In this document: positions 1 to 7,796 of the stretch, piece after piece
How positions within the stretch are numbered: position 1 is the stretch's first letter
Layout: every line of letters begins with the position of its first letter
DNA from: an uncultured Bacteroidales bacterium
GTDB lineage: Bacteria > Bacteroidota > Bacteroidia > Bacteroidales > JAUNSR01
NCBI GenBank assembly: GCA_947074105.1
Contig: CAMTON010000001.1
Location: forward strand, 138,058 to 202,057
Reading direction: 5' to 3'
Length of the DNA stretch: 64,000 nt
Notes under the pieces: generated by a model
Seen by the model: only the letters and a program-made list of their open reading frames with translations
Told to the model about the DNA's origin: nothing
Databases searched by the model: none
Translations under genes and position numbers: made by a program

Positions 1-356
1 ATAAAATTCGGCTCTATCTTTCTGAACTGCTCATTTAATTTATAAAGATCATTATAGATATTATAAGTAATCTTATCTTCCTGAAAGTTTACTGAGAATA
101 TAGGATTCAGTGAAGAATACCGGAATGGCAATTCAATGTTACAATCTTTGGCAAACTCATCAAATTCATAGGTCATACTAAAGAAGCTGGGCCCTATATC
201 AAAAGTAAAATCATCAACATTCAACTGATTCAGACGACCGCCGGGATATGGATTTTTTTCTATTATCTCCACTTTATAACCTCTTTTGGCTAATCGCAGA
301 GCTGTAGCTAATCCGGCCAGGCCTGAACCAATTATACAAATTTTTTTGTTCCCCAT
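1..356 (-). CDS. phytoene-desaturase-family FAD oxidoreductase (CrtI/CrtN-like), 5' part only; gene runs off the window start
   Basis: Own translation of the minus strand from the ATG at 354-356: MGNKKICIIGSGLAGLATALRLAKRGYKVEIIEKNPYPGGRLNQLNVDDFTFDIGPSFF. This shows a GxGxxG Rossmann fold plus the E..PGGR and FD.GP motifs of CrtI-type desaturases. It is not in the supplied ORF track because it is truncated. It starts 5 nt after the upstream stop. Confidence 0.7.
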   Translation of the reverse strand, partial: MGNKKICIIGSGLAGLATALRLAKRGYKVEIIEKNPYPGGRLNQLNVDDFTFDIGPSFFSMTYEFDEFAKDCNIELPFRYSSLNPIFSVNFQEDKITYNIYNDLYKLNEQFRKIEPNF

Positions 357-361
357 ATTTC

Positions 362-1093
362 CTACTTGTCTCTTATTGCTTTTATAACATTGTTACTGAT
401 TGAAGGTTCTTTCAATCGAATTTTATTGATAAACGTTTCCGATGCTATAAAGTCTGATTCCTGGCGATAGAGATCAGCTATATTTATAAGCGTATTAAGA
501 TAAAGCCAGTTGTTGGAATCGACTCCGTCGCCTTCCATCAGGACTATAGCCTGTCGCAGATAATCAATAGCTTTCTGTCTTGAACCGCCTCCAAGTTTTT
601 TTGGCATATTAAGCACAATCTTACTCATTAGTATACGTGCGAAATAATTATCAGGATATTTTTCTATTATCTCTTTTGTTCTGATATAAGCCCGGCTTCC
701 TGTTATCATAAGATTTTTGTTTTCCAGAATGACTGAATAACATAAAAGAGCATTCTTATAAATATCAATGTCACATTTATTTATTTTATCTGATTTCGAT
801 TCAGATTCCAGTGTTTTTTTAAATCTGTTGAACCAAACTTTAGCTTCTTCGTTGATACTGTCGCTGATGCACCACCCTATATATCCGAAAGTATATTCCA
901 GCTTTTTAAGTTTTGCTGAATCGGATTCCGGAACGTTGCTGCTGAAAAGAGCATTCAGTTCCTTTTCCCAGAGTTTCATATCTCCGGAAATAAATGCCGC
1001 ATAAAACTTATTATTTTCATGACCTTCGTCATGAGTATATGCAGGCAATTGAATGATGCAGATCAAAATAGTGACAATGACAACTTTTTTCAT
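362..1093 (-). CDS. secreted protein of unknown function embedded in the isoprenoid operon
   Basis: 243-aa ORF with an N-terminal signal-like segment (MKKVVIVTILICIIQLPAYT). The rest looks all-helical and charged, and I recognise no motif. Its ATG overlaps the idi stop (ATGA at 1090-1093). Confidence 0.6.
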   Translation of the reverse strand: MKKVVIVTILICIIQLPAYTHDEGHENNKFYAAFISGDMKLWEKELNALFSSNVPESDSAKLKKLEYTFGYIGWCISDSINEEAKVWFNRFKKTLESESKSDKINKCDIDIYKNALLCYSVILENKNLMITGSRAYIRTKEIIEKYPDNYFARILMSKIVLNMPKKLGGGSRQKAIDYLRQAIVLMEGDGVDSNNWLYLNTLINIADLYRQESDFIASETFINKIRLKEPSISNNVIKAIRDK

Positions 1094-1623
1094 ATAAGTT
1101 TCTCCTTTTCATTAATACAGGGGAGCTTTTTTACTATCTTCCTGAACCATGGTGTATAGTTTTCAGGATAAAGATCCATATCGGCAGAAAGTACTTCAGA
1201 AGACATATATTTGTAATCCGAAACTTCATCTTCATTGAGAACGGGTTTTTCGTCTGTGACACCGAAGAAAACTGCGTCGAGCTCATGTTCTGTCATTCCG
1301 TTATCAAGTTTCGCCATATATATAAATCTCATTTTTTCTTCAAGTACAGTTTCAATTCCCATTTCTTCCTTAAGTCGTCTTTTAGCAGCATGAAGGTAAG
1401 TTTCATCAACTATCGGATGAGTGCAGCAGGCATTCGACCATTTTCCCGGAGAATGATATTTATTATCAGCCCTTTTCTGTAAAAGCAACTCATTATTGGA
1501 GTTAAAAATAAATACAGAAACGGCTCTGTGAAGCACACCTTCATGGTGAGCCCGGTTTTTATCCATTGTACCAAGAAATTCATCACCGCTGTTTACGAGA
1601 ACGACATTGTTATATTTATCCAT
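1090..1623 (-). CDS. idi: isopentenyl-diphosphate delta-isomerase, type 1 (Nudix fold)
   Basis: HEGVLHRAVSVFIFNSNNELLLQKRA..K..SPGKWSNACCTHP contains the active-site Cys motif, and the downstream MTEHELDAVFFG supplies the Glu motif. The length of 177 aa is typical. Confidence 0.85.
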   Translation of the reverse strand: MDKYNNVVLVNSGDEFLGTMDKNRAHHEGVLHRAVSVFIFNSNNELLLQKRADNKYHSPGKWSNACCTHPIVDETYLHAAKRRLKEEMGIETVLEEKMRFIYMAKLDNGMTEHELDAVFFGVTDEKPVLNEDEVSDYKYMSSEVLSADMDLYPENYTPWFRKIVKKLPCINEKEKLI

Positions 1624-1688
1624 AAGAGGAAAAAATTATCAGTTTGTGAATCAAAAATGTGATTATGAAGAAGTATAATCTGAAAATA

Positions 1689-2528
1689 TTACATCAGCCC
1701 CATTTTGCTGAATACGAATGTCTGCATCAAAAGCCCCATTTTAGCAAAATCGGATATCCTTATTCTTTTAGAGATAAGTTTCGGAGCAGGAGTCTTTTTA
1801 ATCTTTTCAAGAAGCTTTGAATAATATACATAAGCTGTATATACACCAAGTCTTGAATTTTCGGGAAGAAGTTTCACTCCCACAAGAGCTTCGGCAAAAT
1901 CAGATTCTATATCATTTATGATTTTTTTCTTCTGAAATTCATCAAAATTATTCCTGTTGATTCCCGGGAAATAACATCTGTCAAGTACTTCCATATCCTG
2001 CTTCATGTCTCTCAGGAAATTGACTTTCTGAAAGGCAGACCCAAGCTTTCTTGCATAGGGTTCGAGTTTGTCATATTCTTCATTATTGCCCTGAACAAAA
2101 ATGCTGAGACACATAAGTCCTACGCTTTCAGCTGAGCCGAAAATGTATTCTCTGGCTTCCTCTTCCGTTTTATAGACTTTCTTATTAAGATCCGCCCGCA
2201 TGCTTCTGAGAAAACTGTCTACTATTTCATCTTCTATCTTATATTTTGATATCACTTGCTGAAAGGCATAGATTATCGGGTTGAGACTGAATCCCGTCAG
2301 CTTACAGCTTGAATATTCTGCTTCAAATCTGTTGAATAACGCTTTCTGGTCATAAAACGAAAAACTGTCTACAATTTCATCTGCAAGTCTTACAAATCCG
2401 TATATTCCGTATATGTCATCCCGAATGGATTTATCGAGTAGGTTAACGGCTGAATAAAAAGATGTACTGTAGTTTTTCGTAACAATTCTGCTTATTTCAA
2501 AAGCTGTCTGAGTATAAATAGGATCCAT
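1689..2528 (-). CDS. phytoene/squalene synthase family protein (CrtB/CrtM/HpnD-like)
   Basis: The NYSTSFYSAVNLL start, the Asp-rich motifs YGFVRLADEIVD and the later RDMKQD region, and a length of about 279 aa all fit. The track start at 2534 is a TTG, so I use the ATG at 2528 (MDPIYTQ). Confidence 0.8.
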   Translation of the reverse strand: MDPIYTQTAFEISRIVTKNYSTSFYSAVNLLDKSIRDDIYGIYGFVRLADEIVDSFSFYDQKALFNRFEAEYSSCKLTGFSLNPIIYAFQQVISKYKIEDEIVDSFLRSMRADLNKKVYKTEEEAREYIFGSAESVGLMCLSIFVQGNNEEYDKLEPYARKLGSAFQKVNFLRDMKQDMEVLDRCYFPGINRNNFDEFQKKKIINDIESDFAEALVGVKLLPENSRLGVYTAYVYYSKLLEKIKKTPAPKLISKRIRISDFAKMGLLMQTFVFSKMGLM

Positions 2529-2852
2529 CTTCAAACTTGTTTGTATTATACTCAGAACACATAATCATTATTCTTTGTTTAATAAAACTTTAAATTATGT
2601 TGATTGCAAAAGCAAATTTTAACGATATTCCATCTTTAAAATGATAAAATAATATAATTTTTAAACTATTATAATATCAAAATAAGCTATCCTGCTTTTT
2701 ATAAAAGAGCAATATGCTGATTATTAACAATAAAAAATCTATATTTTCTATCTTACCCGGGTAATAATTTTAACCTAAACTGAAGTAGAGGTTAAATCAT
2801 TCATACTCTTTCGGATATATTAATAATCGTTGAGCATTAATTGCAAGAACAC

Positions 2853-2895
2853 AAAAAGACCGATATTTAAATCTTTACAATTTTAAATATCGGTC
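2853..2895 (-). terminator. rho-independent terminator after the S8 protease gene
   Basis: Perfect 14-bp stem GACCGATATTTAAA (2858-2871) / TTTAAATATCGGTC (2882-2895), followed on the minus strand by TTTTTG. Confidence 0.7.
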
Positions 2896-2955
2896 AATAT
2901 TATACATGATTTCATGGCAGCAAAATCATGTGATTTTTATATTAATGCAGTAGAG

Positions 2956-5214
2956 TTATTTTACAAATATTTTGGATGCTCCGTATGCGTCAGGAGAATA
3001 AATCTGAAGCATATATATTCCGCTGTTAATACCTTCAAGATCAAATGAGAATTCATCAGCTTCTTTTGAGAAGTTTATTTCACGGATATTTCTTCCTGAA
3101 AGATCGGAAACCACAATCTTACTTATTGATGAGGATGTTTCGATATTGAAACATCTGTTACCGGAATAAGAAAGATTATAAAAATTATCATTTCCGGCAA
3201 CCGAAATATTCTCTACAAATGTTGGTACTACTCCGGTAATTCCGCTTAATGCATTTAGTTTTCCCCATCCCCATGTATTGTCTTTTGGTAATTCCGCGAC
3301 ACTACTTCTTGTTACAGTCGGTTCAAAAGAAGTGGTTTTAAGTATATTTCTTATATCATCCGGTGTAAGTCTTGGATTCGCACTCAACCACAGAGCTACA
3401 CTTCCGGCTACTACAGGACAAGCCATTGAAGTTCCCTGATCGATTCCCCAGTAATAAGATTTATTATTGAATTCCATTTTCTGAACTGTTGTAGTACAGT
3501 CTTCTCCGTAAGATGAATTAAAACTGTTATAGCCGGAAACGACACCGAATCCCGGAGCAGTAATATCAGGTTTTATCCTTCCGTCAGCAGTAGGTCCTAG
3601 ACTTGAAAAAGGAGCAATTGAATAAGAAACCGGTACAGGATCATATGTATATTCTTTATCGGTACTTAAAGATTTCCACATATTCTTTGTACAATAGGCT
3701 CCTACACTTATAATCTCTTTCCCTACTCCTCCTATTTCGCCAACTGTATAAGTAGTATTTCCTGACATATATCCTGCAATATCATTATCAGTAAATGTAG
3801 CATCCGTAGCCCACATATTTATGGTTCCGTGATAATCCGTATTGTCAGGCATCTTTACCGTAATAGTTATATATTCATCTGAAAGCACATTAGCAGGTTC
3901 TACCTGTATCATGCAGTTATAAGAATTATTATATGAATAATGGGAATTGGAAATTGACAAATAGTATTCATTATTTTCTGTAGGCAACATTAAATTTTCT
4001 GTTGAGTTGGTAACAGGTATCAGACCAGTAGTAGCAGAATAATTACCTGAAGCAGAATTGTATATAGATACTATAATATCATATTCAAATAGCTCACGGC
4101 TCCATATGTCTACTATTGCAGCACCATCGAAATCATCACCAAGAGAAAGGAATGTAGCTATACTGTCTTTTGATTCTTTAGTAAATGTTTTCTTTATATG
4201 AATATTGGATTCACCACTGTTTCCTGCAGCACCGACAATGATAGCACCTTCGCCTACCATTTCATCAAGCATTCTGTCGGCATAACCTGTTCCGTCATGA
4301 GGACCTATCTGAGAACCGAGACTAAGATTTACAACACATGGTTTTCCTGTCTCTTTAGCCTTATTGAGAATATAGCTTACTCCGTTTACGATTCCTGTTG
4401 TTGTCATATTGGTAGCGACAAGAATCATATCACTTTCGGGAGCAACGCCTGTATAAGAAGTTTTATATCCTCCTCCGGCTGCTATTCCGCTTGTATGTGT
4501 TCCGTGAGTTTCTTCAGCATTATCAGTTCCGACAGCAAGTATATCAGCTTCATCATCATACTCTGCACCATAAGAATATCCTTTCGGAGCAGTTCCGGAA
4601 TCAGCACCCTGAACCCATATACTGCTGACACGGTATTCTGTCCCTTCATTATTATAATAGTTTGGATGCGTAAAATCGAAACCTTCATCCACAACACCGA
4701 CAATCACATCTTTTCCTTTAAAGAACTGAACATCTTTATCTGTACTGTTTTCATATACTACTCCTTCATGAAGAGGAAGAATGTTTGAACAGCGTCTCAC
4801 TGTATCCATCATATGTCTGGCCAGGTGACCTGCTTCCAGTCTCAGAACATTATCTTTTGCAAGAATAGTGCTGATTTTTAAAATCGGGACCAAACATGTA
4901 GCAAGACCATAAGATTTTGCATGAAAAATAACCCCTTCATTTTCCAGTTCAGTGAGATAACGCGATCCGTTATGCTCAAGAAAACATTCCATATAAATTT
5001 GTCCGTCTTTATAAAACAACATCTTAGGTAAATCCGTCGACGGATGAACTACAAGACCTCTGGTTGCTGTCTGATTAAAATTACTCAACAGGATCTTAGA
5101 ATAAGAACCTAATTTCGGATTTGAAATAAGTTCTGAGAGATCTTCATCAGCGGCAAAAACATTTGCCGTAAACATCAAAAAACAAAAGGAAATCAACAGA
5201 GTAAACTTTTTCAT
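2956..5214 (-). CDS. S8 (subtilisin-like) serine peptidase with C-terminal T9SS sorting domain
   Basis: Catalytic triad contexts VGVVDEGFD (Asp), HGTHTSG (His) and GTSMACPVVAG (Ser). There is an N-terminal signal peptide. The last roughly 80 aa, ending GIYMLQIYSPDAYGASKIFVK, resemble a Por/T9SS C-terminal domain. Confidence 0.85.
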   Translation of the reverse strand: MKKFTLLISFCFLMFTANVFAADEDLSELISNPKLGSYSKILLSNFNQTATRGLVVHPSTDLPKMLFYKDGQIYMECFLEHNGSRYLTELENEGVIFHAKSYGLATCLVPILKISTILAKDNVLRLEAGHLARHMMDTVRRCSNILPLHEGVVYENSTDKDVQFFKGKDVIVGVVDEGFDFTHPNYYNNEGTEYRVSSIWVQGADSGTAPKGYSYGAEYDDEADILAVGTDNAEETHGTHTSGIAAGGGYKTSYTGVAPESDMILVATNMTTTGIVNGVSYILNKAKETGKPCVVNLSLGSQIGPHDGTGYADRMLDEMVGEGAIIVGAAGNSGESNIHIKKTFTKESKDSIATFLSLGDDFDGAAIVDIWSRELFEYDIIVSIYNSASGNYSATTGLIPVTNSTENLMLPTENNEYYLSISNSHYSYNNSYNCMIQVEPANVLSDEYITITVKMPDNTDYHGTINMWATDATFTDNDIAGYMSGNTTYTVGEIGGVGKEIISVGAYCTKNMWKSLSTDKEYTYDPVPVSYSIAPFSSLGPTADGRIKPDITAPGFGVVSGYNSFNSSYGEDCTTTVQKMEFNNKSYYWGIDQGTSMACPVVAGSVALWLSANPRLTPDDIRNILKTTSFEPTVTRSSVAELPKDNTWGWGKLNALSGITGVVPTFVENISVAGNDNFYNLSYSGNRCFNIETSSSISKIVVSDLSGRNIREINFSKEADEFSFDLEGINSGIYMLQIYSPDAYGASKIFVK

Positions 5215-5818
5215 AGATAATAAATTTTAAAAGTTGAGTATTAAAAATATATGATACACACAATGGTTTGCTGAAACCGATATTACAGATGGTGGAATAT
5301 CTGAATGTAATAATCGGTCTTTACATATAATCATTAGTATATTTTTTGCATCCTGCTTTTTAAGAAATAATCTGCGCCGGACTGATACAGATTAAAGGTG
5401 TTTAAAAATCAGAACGACTTAGAAGATTATCTTTTCTGTCCGGCTGTTAACGGGGAGAGCTGAATTTCCCGGACTAAATTCATATTTAATGTTATAACTG
5501 TTTTTTATTGCTTCACAACAAACAAATCCGGCATACCGGATTATTACTATATATACCATACCGTTCATCTTAGTTATACTTTAAGGATTGTCATCCTTAA
5601 CAATATCAATAACAGAGGCAAAAAAAATTTGTTGATTTATTGCGTCATTTCAGACTATTAAACAATTATATATCAGAGTATTTAATTAATCTTTAATTTG
5701 TTTATTATTCAAACAAATTATTATTGAAGTATATTTCTCATTTTATGACAGCATTTTCTTTTTTCAAGGTCCAAAAAACTTCAATATGACAGTAAAATAT
5801 CGAAAAACACAGGAAAAC

Positions 5819-5833
5819 ACCTAATGATTAGGT
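5819..5833. promoter_or_regulatory. perfect 7-1-7 palindrome ACCTAAT-G-ATTAGGT (candidate operator)
   Basis: Read directly from the sequence. It has the same xxxTAAT-N-ATTAxxx geometry as Fur-family boxes and lies about 275 nt upstream of the PepSY-TM gene. Confidence 0.4.
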
Positions 5834-5850
5834 AATAGAGACATTAAAAT

Positions 5851-5868
5851 ATACCTAAAATTAGGTAT
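5851..5868. promoter_or_regulatory. 8-2-8 inverted repeat ATACCTAA-AA-TTAGGTAT (candidate operator)
   Basis: Read directly. It shares the ACCTAA/TTAGGT core with 5819-5833 and with the motifs at 12889 and 61802-61947. Confidence 0.4.
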
Positions 5869-6106
5869 TGGTTTTTGTTAAATTTTAAATGAATTTTGTA
5901 TCAGCAAATAATATGGAGTTAATTTTTTAAGGTGTAAAACATAAAAAACACATTACTTTCAAATTTGTTTCAACTTTAAAAACAGAAGCTTTTGCTTTTT
6001 TGTATAAATAAAAAAGCATAACTGCTTTTGATAAATTGTTCTTTTTAATTATTCTTTTTATGTCATGTCTCCCATTAATTTGGGAGACTTTATCTATTTT
6101 AAATAT

Positions 6107-7441
6107 ATGAGAAAAATTTTTCGCAAAATTCACCTTTGGCTATCAATTCCCGTGGGATTGATAATAACGATTATTTGTTTTACAGGTGCTATTCTGGTTT
6201 TCGAAACAGAAATCACAGAAGCCCTTCACAAAAACCGCTATTATGTAGAGGAAGTTAAAGAAGAGACTATTCCGATGAATAAACTACTTCGTGACGTATC
6301 CAAACAACTTCCGGATTCAGTATCGATTACCGGAATAAACATATCTTCCGATTCGGGACGTGCATATCAGTTGATGCTTTCCAAACCAAGAAGGGCTTCA
6401 GTATATGTAGATCAGTATACAGGAGAGATTAAATATTATAATCAGAGAAGTCCGTTCTTCCTTACCGTATTCCGTCTGCACCGCTGGCTTCTTGACAGTC
6501 AACCGGCAGAAGGAGGAATATTCTGGGGGAAAATAATTGTAGGTACATGTACTCTTATCTTTATTTTCATCCTTATAACGGGAATAGTGATCTGGTTCCC
6601 AAAATCTTCTTTCGGTCTGAAAAACAGATTAAGAATAAAGTTTGACAAAGGATGGAGACGTTTTTTCTATGATCTTCATGTTGCAGGTGGTTTTTACGCT
6701 ACAATACTTCTGCTTCTTATGGCTCTTACAGGTCCTACATGGTCATTCCCCTGGTACAGAACAGGATTCTATAAGGTATTCGGAATAGAAATGACACAAA
6801 TGGCTCCTCATCCCGGCGCACCACAAACGACACAGGGAAATAATCAGGGAAATCCTAATCAGAACAATAATTCTGAAGGACGCCGGACAGCTAATGCTAA
6901 TTCTGAACAAAGAGGTGAAAGAAAAGAGAATATCGCTGAAGGAAATCAGAACAGAGAAAGAGGCCAGAATGAAGAAAGAGCACAGAATAGAGAAAGAGCT
7001 CAGTCTGGCGAAAGATCTGCTTCTCAGGAAAGAGGAAGTAAACCTCAGGGGGGAGAAAGAGGCAGCCGAGCCGTAAATTTCTACAGATGGCAAAGCGTTT
7101 ATGATCAGCTTGCTGCGCAGAATAAAGGATTTAAACAGATTTCAATCAGCAATGATGCGGCTAATGTCTCTTTCAGCAGATTTGGTAATCAGCGAGCAGC
7201 CGATAAATATACATTCAATGCTCAGACAGGAGAAATCACAAATACCGAGCTTTACAAAGATATGGGTAAAGAAAGCAAGATACGCGGATGGATATATACC
7301 GTTCATGTAGGAAGCTGGGGCGGCGTGATTACAAAAATACTTACTGTTCTTGCAGCTCTTATCGGAGCCACACTTCCTGCGACAGGATATTATTTCTGGA
7401 TAAAAAGAACATTCTTTAAAAAGAGAAAATCTACAGTCTGA
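6107..7441 (+). CDS. PepSY-associated TM-helix protein (XusC/PiuB/FoxB-like) with a long low-complexity insert
   Basis: MRKIFRKIHLWLSIPVGLIITIICFTGAILVFETE is the typical PepSY_TM N-terminus, and further TM helices are present (IIVGTCTLIFIFILITGIVIWF, GFYATILLLLMALTG, ILTVLAALIGATLPATGYYFW). I prefer the ATG at 6107 over the track start at 6065. Confidence 0.8.
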   Translation: MRKIFRKIHLWLSIPVGLIITIICFTGAILVFETEITEALHKNRYYVEEVKEETIPMNKLLRDVSKQLPDSVSITGINISSDSGRAYQLMLSKPRRASVYVDQYTGEIKYYNQRSPFFLTVFRLHRWLLDSQPAEGGIFWGKIIVGTCTLIFIFILITGIVIWFPKSSFGLKNRLRIKFDKGWRRFFYDLHVAGGFYATILLLLMALTGPTWSFPWYRTGFYKVFGIEMTQMAPHPGAPQTTQGNNQGNPNQNNNSEGRRTANANSEQRGERKENIAEGNQNRERGQNEERAQNRERAQSGERSASQERGSKPQGGERGSRAVNFYRWQSVYDQLAAQNKGFKQISISNDAANVSFSRFGNQRAADKYTFNAQTGEITNTELYKDMGKESKIRGWIYTVHVGSWGGVITKILTVLAALIGATLPATGYYFWIKRTFFKKRKSTV

Positions 7442-7513
7442 GATATGATTCCATAAATTGATTTAAAAATATATTTACAATTATTTCTTTATATATTACA
7501 TCAATACTGTTTG

Positions 7514-7546
7514 ACTGTCTGCTTTCCGGAGCAGACAGTTTTTTTA
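7514..7546 (+). terminator. rho-independent terminator of the PepSY-TM gene
   Basis: ACTGTCTGC (7514-7522) / GCAGACAGT (7531-7539), followed by TTTTTTT. Confidence 0.8.
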
Positions 7547-7591
7547 TCCCCATAACTCATATAATATAATACAGGTAGTTCAGGTAATATA

Positions 7592-7693
7592 GATATCCCT
7601 ATCAATGAAAGACAAATCATAAAAGCATTCCTGCCCTTAATTGATATCCTTATTACTGAAAGACTAATCATAAAAAGCATTCCTGACAGTTTA
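7592..7693. repeat. two tandem copies of an imperfect ~51-bp unit
   Basis: GATATCCCTATCAATGAAAGACAAATCATAAAAGCATTCCTGCCC (from 7592) against GATATCCTTATTACTGAAAGACTAATCATAAAAAGCATTCCTGACA (from 7643). Confidence 0.7.
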
Positions 7694-7733
7694 TGTTACA
7701 ATATATCTTTACAGATAAAATATCAGACAGGAC

Positions 7734-7772
7734 AAAAAAGAGAGCATACCGGAAAACCCGATACACTCTCTT
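7734..7772 (-). terminator. rho-independent terminator after the distal DUF4374-like gene
   Basis: On the minus strand GAGAGUGUAUCGG pairs with CCGGUAUGCUCUC (13 bp including 3 G.U that work only on this strand), followed by TTTTTTG. Confidence 0.7.
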
Positions 7773-7796
7773 ATGGTATAGAACAGTTAAAAGTTT

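Noticed and set aside
4198-4788. 196-aa plus-strand ORF inside the S8 protease gene
   Set aside because: It is entirely antisense to a well-supported gene, and its low-complexity Cys/Ser/Ile-rich translation has no motif. Long antisense ORFs are expected in AT-rich coding DNA.
6065-6106. Upstream ATG extending the PepSY-TM protein by 14 residues
   Set aside because: PepSY_TM proteins typically begin right at the basic MRK..RK.H.W segment. The extension adds no signal or TM feature. It is kept as an alternative only.
5927-6133. 68-aa minus-strand ORF overlapping the PepSY-TM start
   Set aside because: It lies in promoter/leader DNA, its Lys/Phe-rich translation is typical of AT-rich non-coding sequence, and it overlaps the supported start.
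6743-7093. 116-aa minus-strand ORF and 60-aa plus-strand ORF in the PepSY-TM low-complexity region
   Set aside because: They are by-products of the GAAAGAG-type repeat, which is open in several frames.
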